NCBI GenBank assembly: GCA_903827265.1
Contig: CAIKHN010000003.1
Span: 24,392-88,391 of the forward strand
Length of the DNA stretch: 64,000 nt
Source: Candidatus Uhrbacteria bacterium
GTDB lineage: Bacteria; Patescibacteriota; Patescibacteriia; UBA9934
Direction: 5' to 3'
Notes under the pieces: model-generated
The model's database searches: none
The model's input: only the letters and a program-made list of their open reading frames with translations
Told to the model about the DNA's origin: nothing
Translations under genes and position numbers: made by a program
Shown here: piece by piece, positions 19,322 through 30,200 of the stretch
Layout of the letters: each line of letters begins with the position of its first letter
Position numbering within the stretch: position 1 is the first letter of the stretch

Positions 19322-20647
19322 ATGGCGGAGATTAAGCCCGATATCGAAACCTGTGCCAAAATTAAGGTCATTGGTGTTGGAGGTGGTGGGGGATCGGCGC
19401 TCAACCGCATGATTGCAGCAAATTTGCGTGGCGTTGATTTTATTGCGGTCAATACTGATGCGCAGGCGCTTCATGCGAATTTGGCGGTAACGAAGATTCC
19501 TATCGGAAAAACCGTCACCCGTGGTTTGGGTGCTGGTATGAATCCGGAAATTGGCCGACGAGCAGCCGAAGAAAATGCAAACGATTTGCGCAACGCCATT
19601 TCTGGTGCGGACATGGTTTTCCTCACGTGTGGCCTTGGCGGCGGAACTGGAAGCGGTGCTGCGGCACAAATCGCCATGATCGCTCGCGAGGTTGGCGCGT
19701 TAACGATTGCGGTTGTTACAAAGCCGTTCGGATTTGAAGGTGCTCAGCGAAAGCGTATTGCAGAAGATGCATATCAGGAACTTTCTCAGCACGTCGATAC
19801 GGTTATTACCATTCCAAACGATCGCGTGCTTCAAATTATCGATAAAAAAACGTCGTTGCTTGATGCGTTTAAAATCGTCGACGATGTTTTGCGACAGGGT
19901 GTGCAAGGTATTGCCGAAATTATTACGCTTCCTGGATTGATTAACGTCGACTTTGCCGATGTGAAAGCGATCATGGCGAATGCTGGAAGTGCACTGATGG
20001 GCATTGGGCGATCGTCTGGAGAAAATCGCGCAGTCGATGCCGCGAAGCAGGCTATCGCAAGTCCGCTTTTGGAAATTTCAATCGATGGCGCGAAGGGCAT
20101 TTTGTTTACCGTGACCGGTGGTCCGGATTTGGCAATGTACGAAGTCGCAGAAGCAGCGAAGGTTATTACTGGGTCGGCCGACGACGACGCTCGCGTGATT
20201 TTCGGTGCGAATATCGACGAGTCGATGGGCGATGAAGTTCGCATTACCGTTGTTGCGACTGGATTTGATAATCGCGAAATGCGTCGTGCGCCAAGTTTGG
20301 CGGGCGATGTTGAAATTGCTCCGCGATCGACGTGGCAGCCAACGCCAGTTGCGCGCCGCGATGATTTCCGAGGAACGACGCGAATCGCTGCTCCATACGA
20401 AACACCATTTGAATCTCGAAAAGTTCCATCAACACCGGTGCAGCAAGAGCGCGAGGTGTATCAGGAGCCGCAACCACAGCGCGCTGCTCCAGCGCCAGAT
20501 CCTGCGCCAGCAGAGCCTCGCTTCCGTCAGCAGCCGTTAGCAACCCAGCCGCAGCAACAAGCACCGGCGCCAATTCAGCAGCCTCCGCAAAAAACTGAAG
20601 ATGATGATTTTGGGATTCCTGCATTCATCCGTCGAAAAATGATGTAA
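19322..20647 (+). CDS. ftsZ: Cell division protein FtsZ
   Basis: KIKVIGVGGGG, GLGAG.NP, GGGTGSG signature, INVDFADV, C-terminal IPAFIRRK. Confidence 0.98.
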   Translation: MAEIKPDIETCAKIKVIGVGGGGGSALNRMIAANLRGVDFIAVNTDAQALHANLAVTKIPIGKTVTRGLGAGMNPEIGRRAAEENANDLRNAISGADMVFLTCGLGGGTGSGAAAQIAMIAREVGALTIAVVTKPFGFEGAQRKRIAEDAYQELSQHVDTVITIPNDRVLQIIDKKTSLLDAFKIVDDVLRQGVQGIAEIITLPGLINVDFADVKAIMANAGSALMGIGRSSGENRAVDAAKQAIASPLLEISIDGAKGILFTVTGGPDLAMYEVAEAAKVITGSADDDARVIFGANIDESMGDEVRITVVATGFDNREMRRAPSLAGDVEIAPRSTWQPTPVARRDDFRGTTRIAAPYETPFESRKVPSTPVQQEREVYQEPQPQRAAPAPDPAPAEPRFRQQPLATQPQQQAPAPIQQPPQKTEDDDFGIPAFIRRKMM

Positions 20648-20654
20648 CGGAGGT

Positions 20655-21119
20655 ATGCGTTGCCCAGTGTGCGATTATAAGTCCACAAAAGTTATCGATT
20701 CCCGTCTTTCACAGGACGGCATGGCGGTTCGTCGACGGCGAGAATGTGAAAAGGCGCGATGTGCGTTTCGTTTTAGCACGCAAGAGGAGGTGGAGCTCAT
20801 GGATTGTGCTGTGGTAAAGCGCAATGGTCGACGCGAACCGTATTTGCGAGAGAAGCTCGAATCCGGACTGAAGAAGTCGCTCGAGAAGCGACCGTACACG
20901 CAAAATCAATTTCATTCGCTCGTGCACAATATTGAGCGCGAAATTCAAAAAGTTCGTGGGGGAGAAATTACGTCTGCACAAGTCGGAGAGATCGTGATGC
21001 AACAGCTGAAGGGATTTGATAAGGTGGCATACATTCGTTTTGCGTCCGTGTACCATTCGTTTGAAGGACTTGAAATGTTTGAGAAGGAATTAAAGAATTT
21101 ATCGGGGAAAGAGATTTGA
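20655..21119 (+). CDS. nrdR: Transcriptional repressor NrdR
   Basis: MRCPVC..TKVIDSR..VRRRRECE..C.FRFST.E, ATP cone, VAYIRFASVY. Confidence 0.96.
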   Translation: MRCPVCDYKSTKVIDSRLSQDGMAVRRRRECEKARCAFRFSTQEEVELMDCAVVKRNGRREPYLREKLESGLKKSLEKRPYTQNQFHSLVHNIEREIQKVRGGEITSAQVGEIVMQQLKGFDKVAYIRFASVYHSFEGLEMFEKELKNLSGKEI

Positions 21120-21138
21120 GTGCTATACTTTCCTTTGT

Positions 21139-22542
21139 ATGGCGCGGAGAACGCGAATTGTTTGTACTATTGGCCCAGCGTCGTCGACGCCATCTGTTTT
21201 GGTGCGCATGATGCGTTCCGGTATGGACGTTGCGCGATTGAACTTTTCTCATGGCACACATGCCGAGCATGAAGTGCTATTACGGAATATCCGATCAAGC
21301 GCAAAGAAGGCCGGCAAACACGTTTCGATTTTACAAGATTTACAAGGGCCGAAAATTCGTGTTGGCGCGCTTCCTGAAGATGGCGTCGAACTTCATAACG
21401 GTCAGTCGGTAAGCTTTTCAACGGCAATTGATACGTACGAGGCTCGCGGTTCGTTTCCGGTAACGTATAAACAGTTACACCGTGACATCAAGCCGGGCCA
21501 CCGAATTCTCCTTGATGACGGTTTCCTCGAGGCAACGGTCACAAGCGTGAAGGGAAAGGTTATTCACGCGAAAGTCAGCCATGGCGGCGTACTTAAATCA
21601 CGAAAAGGAATCAATCTTCCTGATACAAAAGTAAGTGTCGATCCATTTACGGAGAAAGATCACACGGATCTTTTGTTCGGCGTTGCGCATAATGTCGATT
21701 GGTTGGTGCTTTCGTTTATCGCAAAACCAGAAGTCGTGGAGCACGTTCGGAAAGTGGCAACTGTAGCGGCTCGTGCAAATGGTGTTACGTCGCCGTGGAT
21801 CATGGCGAAAATTGAAACCGCACTCGCGGTTGAGCGGTTTGACGAAATTCTCGATGTCGTCGACGGCATTATGCTTGGGCGCGGCGATTTGGGACTTGAA
21901 ATCCCCATGGAGGAAGTGCCAATTGTCCAAAAGGAAATTATCGAAAAATGCCGGAGGGCAGGGAAACCGATTATTATCGCAACGCACATGCTCGATTCGA
22001 TGGCTCGAAACCCACGAGCCACGCGTGCTGAGGTTTCTGATGTCGCAAATGCCGTTCTTGACCACACTGATGCGGTAATGCTTTCTGCGGAGTCTGCTTC
22101 CGGGCGTTATCCTGCAGCAACGGTGCAGGCGATGGCATCGGTAATCGACGAAGCAGAGAAATCGCGATTTGATTTAGTGGAAATGCCAATCGACGACGTC
22201 GACAGCCCTGTTCACGCATTCGCGCACAGCATTGCCGTTATGGCGTCGCGTGGACTGATTGACGCTGTGGTAAGTACATCCGCGCTTCCTGATGTTGCAT
22301 TCGCATTACCGCGGTATCGGCCGCATGTTCCAATTCTCGTTGGGTGCGACGCCACCGATGAAGCGCGTCGAGTGATGCTGTATGCAGGCGTGATGCCGTT
22401 TGTGCTTGAACTTGATGCTGGCACATTTGTTCCTCGGTCACACGCGTACCTTGTTCGACATGGATTTTTGCATGCTCGTAGCCGAGTTGCGTATGTGGTT
22501 GGCGGCGGCGGAACCCTTTCGCTCGTGATTCACGGCGGATAG
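21139..22542 (+). CDS. pyk: Pyruvate kinase
   Basis: IVCTIGPAS, ARLNFSHG, DLQGPKIR, AKIE, RGDLG.E, RAEVSDVANAVLD.TDAVMLS.ES. Confidence 0.95.
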   Translation: MARRTRIVCTIGPASSTPSVLVRMMRSGMDVARLNFSHGTHAEHEVLLRNIRSSAKKAGKHVSILQDLQGPKIRVGALPEDGVELHNGQSVSFSTAIDTYEARGSFPVTYKQLHRDIKPGHRILLDDGFLEATVTSVKGKVIHAKVSHGGVLKSRKGINLPDTKVSVDPFTEKDHTDLLFGVAHNVDWLVLSFIAKPEVVEHVRKVATVAARANGVTSPWIMAKIETALAVERFDEILDVVDGIMLGRGDLGLEIPMEEVPIVQKEIIEKCRRAGKPIIIATHMLDSMARNPRATRAEVSDVANAVLDHTDAVMLSAESASGRYPAATVQAMASVIDEAEKSRFDLVEMPIDDVDSPVHAFAHSIAVMASRGLIDAVVSTSALPDVAFALPRYRPHVPILVGCDATDEARRVMLYAGVMPFVLELDAGTFVPRSHAYLVRHGFLHARSRVAYVVGGGGTLSLVIHGG

Positions 22543-22546
22543 CTCT

Positions 22547-23035
22547 ATGAAGCGATTCCTTTCCTTCGTCGGTATTTTTTCCATTCTTGGAGCTGGTTGT
22601 TATTCAGCTCCGATATCGACGAGCTCTCTGCCTGTTCCTCAGGCAGCGTTGCCTGTGGAATCTGTTTTACCAGATGTTTCATCGGCGCCTTCAGGTTTAG
22701 TCGACGTTGCGTTATCTAATACAGATACTGTTCCGGAAAATCCGGCTCCTCCAGCACCACAACAGGAGGCCCTTTTTATTTCGATGACGTCGGGAAATTT
22801 CTTTTTTGATCCTTCAGCAATTACGGCAAGTCCGGGGCAAACAGTGACCATTTCCTTTGTGGATTCTGAAGGTTCGCATACATTCGTGATTGATGAGCTC
22901 GGAATTCAGAAGGATGTTACGACTGGTACTGTCATCACGTTTGCTGCTCCAGAAACGCCAGGAAATTATGCGTACTATTGTGATACTGGCGCACATCGAA
23001 AATTAGGAATGGAAGGAATACTCACGGTAAAATAG
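22547..23035 (+). CDS. Cupredoxin-domain lipoprotein
   Basis: LGAGC lipobox; H..F, YYC...H...GM.G.L.V type-1 copper motif. Confidence 0.8.
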   Translation: MKRFLSFVGIFSILGAGCYSAPISTSSLPVPQAALPVESVLPDVSSAPSGLVDVALSNTDTVPENPAPPAPQQEALFISMTSGNFFFDPSAITASPGQTVTISFVDSEGSHTFVIDELGIQKDVTTGTVITFAAPETPGNYAYYCDTGAHRKLGMEGILTVK

Positions 23036-23044
23036 CGCAAAAAT

Positions 23045-23073
23045 AAAACACAGCCCTCGCGGGCTGCGTTTTT
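23045..23073. terminator. Bidirectional terminator
   Basis: AAAACACAGCCC TCGC GGGCTGCGTTTTT between convergent genes. Confidence 0.65.
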
Positions 23074-23079
23074 GAGATT

Positions 23080-23301
23080 TTACACCTTACATGATTTGCA
23101 CTTTCCGCAGAAAAGCATCGCAACCGCTGAAAGACCAACGAGCATGTAGACAATATTCTCAAGTGTGCCTCCGGAGATTCCTCCGAGAAGGGAATGAACG
23201 AGGTTCCACTGGAAGAAGCCCCAAAGTCCCCAGTTCAATGCACCGACCCAGACCAATACGCCAGCAACCTTGTGTACCGTACATTCGCCTTTGCCCATCA
23301 T
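23080..23301 (-). CDS. DUF378-family small membrane protein
   Basis: LVWVGALNWGL.G.F..NLV..L.G..VY.LVGLSA. Confidence 0.85.
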   Translation of the reverse strand: MMGKGECTVHKVAGVLVWVGALNWGLWGFFQWNLVHSLLGGISGGTLENIVYMLVGLSAVAMLFCGKCKSCKV

Positions 23302-23377
23302 AGGAAAACGATTAGGGATTAATTCCTAAAGAAAGCATACATGGAAAACGCCTATCACCCTGTTTGCCTGTGGAAAA

Positions 23378-24376
23378 CTATTTTCCGTATTGGCCCATGA
23401 TGAACGTGTCGACTGTTGTGGTGAGCGATGCGATAGTTTTTGCGAGCGTTGAAAGGTCTTTTCCTTCAGTCATGACGCAGATGACGTATGGTGATGTGTC
23501 GTACACAATGCCGCAATCATGGTGCTGATATGTTGTTGATCCATCGGTGTTTGTTGCTGAAGACTCGCCGAATTTATGCGCGACGATGTCTGACGGGTCT
23601 ACGCCGGCAACAAGAGCGTCCTTGTATGCGCTTTGAGAGAGCCACTCAAGTGAACGTTCTGAGTTCTGTTCAGAAATGAGTGTGCTGTTGTAGAGAATGC
23701 GAAGGAATCGCGAGTACAGCCGCGGGGAGATGGTGTAATTCGCATTGTCTGCGTATTGCGGAATTTCGAGGTCTTGCAGCGTTTTGTTGAGCACCCCCGG
23801 ATTGATATTCGCGATAAGCGTTCGTGACGCGTTGTTGTCTGAATAGACAATCATGAGCCGAAGCAGCTCCTCGACGGTATACGTCTTTCCAGCAATCGCC
23901 GTTTGTTCCGGAAGAATGTTCTGCTCGTTATCACTTGCGTATTCCTGAACCGCGAGCGTTTGTGAGAGGACTCCTGGATCGCTGTCTGCGCCTTCCATGT
24001 ACACCATGAGCGTCACGATTTTCATGAGACTTGCTGGCCGGAATTGGTCGTCGCCGTTTACTGCGGTCCAGGATCCATTCGCGAGACTTCTAACGTAAAT
24101 ACTTGCGCGAGAAATATCGCCAGACGCTTTTGCTCTATTAATTGCGTCATCGAGATTGTTTTTGAGTCCATCAAATTCTGTGCTCGGGGTTGCACTGTCA
24201 ATATTGCACGCGAGAAGCGGCTTTATGAGAGGGCGGGATGGAACAGTGATACGAAGCGAGTGTCCGGTGTTTTGGCTTGAATCTTGGCTGAGGATCTGGG
24301 CAACAGAAAAACCTGCAAGAAGTCCCGCTGCAAAAATCCCGGCACCATACCACGCAATTTTTCGTGAAGCCCGCAT
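23378..24376 (-). CDS. Class A beta-lactamase-related serine hydrolase, membrane-anchored
   Basis: ASLMK (SxxK), SDN, HKFG, HDCGIVY motifs. Confidence 0.85.
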   Translation of the reverse strand: MRASRKIAWYGAGIFAAGLLAGFSVAQILSQDSSQNTGHSLRITVPSRPLIKPLLACNIDSATPSTEFDGLKNNLDDAINRAKASGDISRASIYVRSLANGSWTAVNGDDQFRPASLMKIVTLMVYMEGADSDPGVLSQTLAVQEYASDNEQNILPEQTAIAGKTYTVEELLRLMIVYSDNNASRTLIANINPGVLNKTLQDLEIPQYADNANYTISPRLYSRFLRILYNSTLISEQNSERSLEWLSQSAYKDALVAGVDPSDIVAHKFGESSATNTDGSTTYQHHDCGIVYDTSPYVICVMTEGKDLSTLAKTIASLTTTVDTFIMGQYGK

Positions 24377-24435
24377 ATTTCTCTATTCTTGCATAACAAA
24401 AGTTCAAGAGCAAACCATGAGGCCGTACACCCGGA

Positions 24436-24933
24436 TTACATTGTTTGCTGATGCTCTTCTTGTAATGTTCGCATTGCTCGACTCAATGCGTCGGTATCAA
24501 AATAAAAATTCGTATCGCGATCAGCGCCTGTTGCCGGGTTCGAATCTTCATTGCCCATGTCGGCATCATGAAGTGTATGGAATATGGTCTCGCCACACAG
24601 TTTGGAGTCGGTAGCCCGTACTTGTGTACCACCAAAGCCTGTGCGTGCACGATTGAATAATGCCACCCGATCATCGGCTGCCTCCACCTCTTCCATTCGA
24701 CCTTCGAGTGCTTCGCGTGTCATATGAACGCCGAGTGCAGTCAGTTTTTCGGAAATCTGATCCAGGAGGATTTCTCGAATGTCATCGGATTCCTCATTCT
24801 CGACATACTCGTTCACTGCGAGACGAATTTCTTCGACTGCTTGAGCAATTTCCGGGATAATTTCGTGTGTAACGTGTCCTTCATCATTTGTGACGAGCAC
24901 TGCGTCTGGACGGGTTTCAAAATTTCCGAGCAT
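24436..24933 (-). CDS. Hypothetical acidic protein
   Basis: 165-aa ORF filling the intergenic space, plausible composition. Confidence 0.55.
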   Translation of the reverse strand: MLGNFETRPDAVLVTNDEGHVTHEIIPEIAQAVEEIRLAVNEYVENEESDDIREILLDQISEKLTALGVHMTREALEGRMEEVEAADDRVALFNRARTGFGGTQVRATDSKLCGETIFHTLHDADMGNEDSNPATGADRDTNFYFDTDALSRAMRTLQEEHQQTM

Positions 24934-25009
24934 ACATTCTTTAATGATTTAATGATAATCCTTACGAGTGTAATTCACTTGAGCAATTTCATGAAAGGAG
25001 CCGTGTTGA

Positions 25010-25372
25010 TTACGCGTTTTTTATCACTTTATTCTCGGGAAGGCTCGGGGTTCGCGCACTGAGCATTGTTGTTGTTTCGTAGACCTCAAGCACGGCTTCG
25101 TCGACGTTCGACCTCATAAATACAAAATCACCGTCACTCAAAATGCGCTCTTCACCGCCAATGAGATATTTCACTTTTCCGTGAATAATAAAATTTATTT
25201 CCGTGCCTTGAGGATGAAAGTGCGTGCCCTGCGTTTCGCCTGGCTGAAGCACGCTATATTTCACCTCGAGTTCGGAGGTTTTCATAGGGTGTCCTTCCGG
25301 GAGAAAATGTCCGCAAATCCATCCCCGCGTTGTAGAGCAGTTTTGTATATTGTCGATGACGTATTTTGTCAT
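25010..25372 (-). CDS. Cupin domain protein
   Basis: RGWICGHF, HFHPQGTEINFIIHG, L..GDFVF cupin motifs. Confidence 0.8.
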   Translation of the reverse strand: MTKYVIDNIQNCSTTRGWICGHFLPEGHPMKTSELEVKYSVLQPGETQGTHFHPQGTEINFIIHGKVKYLIGGEERILSDGDFVFMRSNVDEAVLEVYETTTMLSARTPSLPENKVIKNA

Positions 25373-25522
25373 AATAAGTGGGGGAGTTTGAAAGATCTCG
25401 TTCATATTAACATGAAATTTGTGCACAGATCATCTCTTGAAAATTTTTGGGGAAAAGAAGAGCGCGTCCCATCGGCAGAAAGCCGAGGGACGGCTTCTCT
25501 GTTTGGGGCGCGCGAGTTGTGA

Positions 25523-26158
25523 TTACGCGGATGTGGTTGGGGGCGTCAGGGTGAAGCGGTAGCCGGAAGAGATGAATGTGAACCCTCCCTCCGCCGTCCT
25601 GGACCCGTCCTTGCACGAACCGCTCATGTAGTCGACGTCGACCCACGAACACGGCTCATTGATTGGGTCCTCTACTTCCTGTGTAGCGAGAGTGGGCTCC
25701 TTGCTTCGCACGCAGTCCGGATCGATGTCCTTGATGCTGTATTTGCGGAAGAAGAGCCGCACACCGTGCTCACGCGGATGCCGGCCGACAACCGCCTCGT
25801 GCCACAGCACCCGCGCCCGCTTCTTCGGTCGCTTGATGGACACCGTCCACCCGACGACATCGCCTTCGCCCTTCATGAAGAGCACGGCGAGCGCGTCCAC
25901 GATGCCGGCCATGCTCTCGCGGTTGCGCGATGCTTCCGCCTGGCTCTTCTCCCACGCCAGGTGTATCTCACGCGGAACGTTGTCCATGGGGAACGTCGTC
26001 TGTCCTCGACCCATCATCTCGTTGAGCCCGTCGCTGATGATCTTCGCCTGCTGTTCTGGGCTCAGTGCATCCCATTGTTCGCGATATTTGCCGAGGATCT
26101 CCTGCGTCCGGGGGTTCACAACGTAACCCCCATTTTCCTTTGCTCTTTCCTTCGCCAT
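25523..26158 (-). CDS. Hypothetical protein (GC-rich orphan class)
   Basis: SD GGAGG before ATG 26158; upstream TTGACT-17-TACCTT; GC-rich third positions; downstream hairpins. Confidence 0.65.
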   Translation of the reverse strand: MAKERAKENGGYVVNPRTQEILGKYREQWDALSPEQQAKIISDGLNEMMGRGQTTFPMDNVPREIHLAWEKSQAEASRNRESMAGIVDALAVLFMKGEGDVVGWTVSIKRPKKRARVLWHEAVVGRHPREHGVRLFFRKYSIKDIDPDCVRSKEPTLATQEVEDPINEPCSWVDVDYMSGSCKDGSRTAEGGFTFISSGYRFTLTPPTTSA

Positions 26159-26228
26159 TTGCACCTCCGAGTGCAGTATAAAGGTAGTGGGTTCACTCCG
26201 AAAAGTCAACAAAACGCGCGAGGCGAGA

Positions 26229-26495
26229 TTAGCGCTGGCCGCGAGGCCGGGGTCGATGGCCGCGCGGCGGGTGCTCTGTGAGGACGGTGTCGACGAAGGA
26301 GTCTCTGCAGCCTTCGTGCGCTACTCCATTGGCGTGTAGCTCAACCCGATGAGTGGGCCATTCGTCGGTGATTGGCTCGTTGCAGATCGTGCACGTGCTC
26401 GGAGGCGCAGGCGGCGTTGGTGCAGCCATGAATTCTGCAAGAGAGGTGAACGGGCTTGCCGCGATGAGTGAAGTAATACCAGATCGTGGAGACAT
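26229..26495 (-). CDS. Small putative zinc-binding protein (CxxC..HxxC)
   Basis: SD GAGG before ATG; CTIC...HEGC. Confidence 0.5.
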   Translation of the reverse strand: MSPRSGITSLIAASPFTSLAEFMAAPTPPAPPSTCTICNEPITDEWPTHRVELHANGVAHEGCRDSFVDTVLTEHPPRGHRPRPRGQR

Positions 26496-26573
26496 GGGAC
26501 CTCTTGGGTGATGATGAGATTATCATGATTGATGAAAGAGGGAAACGAACGTTGGCATTTCCCATTCGCCAAT

Positions 26574-26606
26574 AGAAAAACACGACCGGTGTGGTCGTGT
26601 TTTTCT
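26574..26606 (-). terminator. Presumed original tRNA-Asp terminator, displaced by integration
   Basis: Perfect IR AGAAAAACACGACC/GGTCGTGTTTTTCT abutting the duplicated tRNA 3' end. Confidence 0.7.
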
Positions 26607-26615
26607 GGCGGGACG
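26601..26615. repeat. att site (distal): copy of the tRNA-Asp 3' end
   Basis: TTTTCTGGCGGGACG, identical to 38370-38384. Confidence 0.85.
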
Positions 26616-26675
26616 TGGTGGAACGGGTAGGAATGCATTTTATGGCTATTTCAATTTAGAGGGGACAGCTTCTTC

Positions 26676-27212
26676 TTAATCTTCGTATTTTACAGTCCAA
26701 TGGGGTGAGCCAGTATGAAAGGAATTGGCAGAAACCTCAAAATCTCCAATACTTGTTATCTTATTTCCAAAAATGTCCTCGTAAGTTAAATTCAAGTCCA
26801 CGTTTTGTCCCCTAATCCCGTTCCAAACAGCTTCGTTCTCGGGAAGAGTCTCAGAGCGCGTCCAGGCGATGCTTCCATCTGGTTTGACAGAAGATGTGAG
26901 TTTTTTTGAGAAACCCAATTTAGGCACACTAAGGTTTATATTTTGAGCCAAACCTTGGCCTACGTTTTTGAAGCGAACCTCAAAGTAAAAATCTGTGCCT
27001 TGTCGTTCCGAGCCGACGACTATTTCGTCTGGCTCGAGAATCGGCATCAATGATGCCTGAGTTGCTCTTTTTGCTTCGAGGGCGGACTTAGCGGATTGTT
27101 TTGCGGAATACAAAGAGATAAATGCCGCAAGCACAGTTCCGATCGCTGCAATAACATCCCATGTATTGTTATTTTGCAGAGATACAAAGTGATGATGGAG
27201 ATTTTCGTACAT
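26676..27212 (-). CDS. Hypothetical protein with N-terminal TM helix, downstream of the STAND gene
   Basis: WDVIAAIGTVLAAFISLY TM, KNVGQGLA.NI, YEDIFG motifs. Confidence 0.7.
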   Translation of the reverse strand: MYENLHHHFVSLQNNNTWDVIAAIGTVLAAFISLYSAKQSAKSALEAKRATQASLMPILEPDEIVVGSERQGTDFYFEVRFKNVGQGLAQNINLSVPKLGFSKKLTSSVKPDGSIAWTRSETLPENEAVWNGIRGQNVDLNLTYEDIFGNKITSIGDFEVSANSFHTGSPHWTVKYED

Positions 27213-27253
27213 AGTTTCATTGTTGCAAAAAGGATCTGTATTCTGCCTTGCGT

Positions 27254-30200
27254 TTAGGGCGTACGCGGCGGAAGAAGGATGGGGCTTACATTTAATAAGC
27301 GATATTGTTCAATTTTCTTCACTTCTCCGTAGCCGTGTTCTTGATAGCGATACGTAGATTTTACCAGGTATCCCATCCTAAGTCCGTTTTGAGCTAGACA
27401 CTCTTCCAAAAACGCTTTATCGATTCGTAGCCACTGGCCGTAAGGCAAAGGCATATCGAAATTACTTCTCTCTTTCAGTCCCTCTATCCAGTCGCCATGC
27501 GTAATTTTCTCTCCGTTTTCATCGCTGTAGACATACTGAAAATCCTGAATTTCGCCTATGGAATCCCGTCTGATTCCTGGAGCGGGCAAGAGTTGAAGCT
27601 GGTAATCTCTGAAGTATTGCCAGAGATTTATGGTCAGATCTCGAGTCCGTGCAACTAGAGGGTAGACCATCAAGTCTTCTATTCGAGTCGGATCTAACCC
27701 AATCGGATATAGGCACGCCGCAGGATTGTCCAAAAAACTCAAAGGATAAGGAGTGTGTATTGGAATCAGGGCAAGACTTGATCTATCTAGTATTAATTCC
27801 GAAACCGCCTCCGCGGTTGGCATATTGGAGCCAACAACTTCGTAAGCAAAACCTATAAGAGAAATTGAATGAGAAGGATCGAGCTTTTCCGCAAGCGCAG
27901 GCATAACCGCGCCCTCAAAGGCCAAAAACGGTTTATCCTGGTTATTTGTGAGAATTGATTCAATTGGGATCTGCAGATCAATTTTAGTTAGATCCGTTTC
28001 CGCCATTTGACCTTCAGCTAGTCTCGGCCACCAGTCTGGAATTCTACCCACTAGTTTTTGCCAAATCCCCAGATCTACTGGCAATGTTGCATATGAGTAT
28101 TCAAGATAGAAATCTTCCGCGATCTTTCCATCCAAATAATACTGGTGGACTACTCTGAGAAACGCCGATCTGTATGCCTCGCTGAGAGATGTAGACATAC
28201 CTGGGATTGATGCCCCGCGTTCTCTTCCCTGGAAATACCCGGCGTCAGCGTTTAAGGAAATCCCGTTTTCTTGGATTAGGATCGATGAAGTGTACGCCCA
28301 TTGTTGAAGAAAACGACCACCGGTTTTTTTATCTATTTCTTTGGCCCGTTCGTGATAAATCGGAGCCAGAAAAGACCTGATGTGTCTATTGAAAAAGTTG
28401 TCAGCCAGAAAGGCGGAAGGCACGGCAGAAACCGCCCCAAAGGCGGGTAAAGCTTCATCGTCAAAATCTTCACCCAGAAGGAATGACAGCTCTACGAGCA
28501 ATTCTTGAATTACAACTGAATTTACACTCAAACTCAGAACGATGTCAGAAAACTTTATGTAAGAAAGCTCATCTCCCTTGCTTAGCGAGAAGGCTCTGAT
28601 CAAGGGTAAGAGGTGAATCGCAACAATGCTCTCAAGACAGATTTGCTTCAGGTTAGTTAAAAAATTTTTGTATAATTCCTCGCGCTTTGAAGAGAAGACG
28701 AATAATTGAGCGATTGCTGTTGCTGTTCGTTCGCGAACTAACGGACTTGGCCACGTCAGCCTTTGTATTAAAAGGTCAAATTCATCCGGTTCCTTCTCAG
28801 CATACTTAGCGTCCCCCCAGATGGGTTTGGCCAACTTAGTCTCAGCCATTAGCGATTCCGCGAAAGTGATTCCCGCCTCGGTGATTGCCACGGCATTTAC
28901 TAGATCCCCAAATAACACAAAGAAATCAACGGCACGCGCTATTGGCACAAAATATCTTAGACCACTGTCCCACCTATTACCTACAGCGATACTCCTTTCA
29001 AAAAATTCTAAATAACGCGTCGGATATTTATCTTGCAGAAACACCCAACGTGCCTCAGCTTTATTCTTATCCGTCCAATATAATTGCCAGCCATTGTCAT
29101 TAGCTTGCGCTCGACAAAGCAATTCGAATGCGCGTCCATTCTCGAATTCGTAGGCCAATGGATAGAGCACATCAAGTAGCTCGCCGCCCAGGTGATTTAG
29201 CTCCGTTTCAGGCACTGCCGCCATGAAACTCCTATAGATTTTTTCTTTATCATCATTCTCCAACCAATGAATAAGCCACCCATGTAAATATGTCTCCCGT
29301 TCCCAGGGGCTGCCGAAGGTTCTTTCTCTCAAGTTCTGCACTAATAGATCAGGAGAAACGCTACTAAAGTCCTCGGTGGAAGCCGGTCGAATGTATGGAG
29401 TCGAAGCATCTTTTTCTGGGTAAGTTATTTCTCCAAAGTAATCCGTAATAATACTCAAAGCTTTAGCAGCCCCTTCTTGTTTCTGTGCAAGGATGCCGAG
29501 CGACTTATATGAATCCTCATCAAGAGCTGTTGTTGCTAGTGCGGTAGATACGTCGGAATCATACGGCAATGACTGAACGATGACTTCGAAGATATCTTCT
29601 GCGTGAAATAAGTTCCCCGAGTCTGCATTTACATAGTAATCCTTATATAGAGCCGATCGATCAGATTTTCCAAAGATTTGAGCAAGATTCAGTGAAAGAT
29701 GATTAGTTTCATCTCCATCTGTATATTCAGTTACATTTTCTACAATCGGTGCAATCGATGCCAGCCAATGATGCATTTTTACTGCTTCAACACCTGCTGA
29801 TCCACAAGCCGAAATAGCATCCAGCACTCCATCTAGGTACATGTCCTTGTGATAGCCGTATCCGAGAAGATTTTTTGCAGAATCTAAAAGTAACTCTTTT
29901 GCACGTTCAGTGTCTCTCTGAATCCTGCAAAGTGCAGCAAGATCAGCGAAAGAGGTAGTCCTTTCTGAAAAATATCCGACTGATCCCTTAAGATTTTTAA
30001 CTTGCGTCTCGATAAATTGGATATGCGCATCGTCCACGAAGACAGGCTCACCCTGCTTAATGGAGAGTTCCAACAAATTAGCTGCATTAAAAAACGGAGT
30101 GCTCAGAATCGATGAGACGTCCCCGGGGGTAAATTGATACGAAGATCCAAGAGCCTTTTTTAGGATCAATAAATCTGAAAGATTTAAGGAAGTCGATGCC

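Noticed and set aside
23378-24376. Bona fide antibiotic-resistance beta-lactamase
   Set aside because: The motifs place it in the broader class A-related serine hydrolase group; hydrolytic activity on beta-lactams cannot be inferred from sequence.
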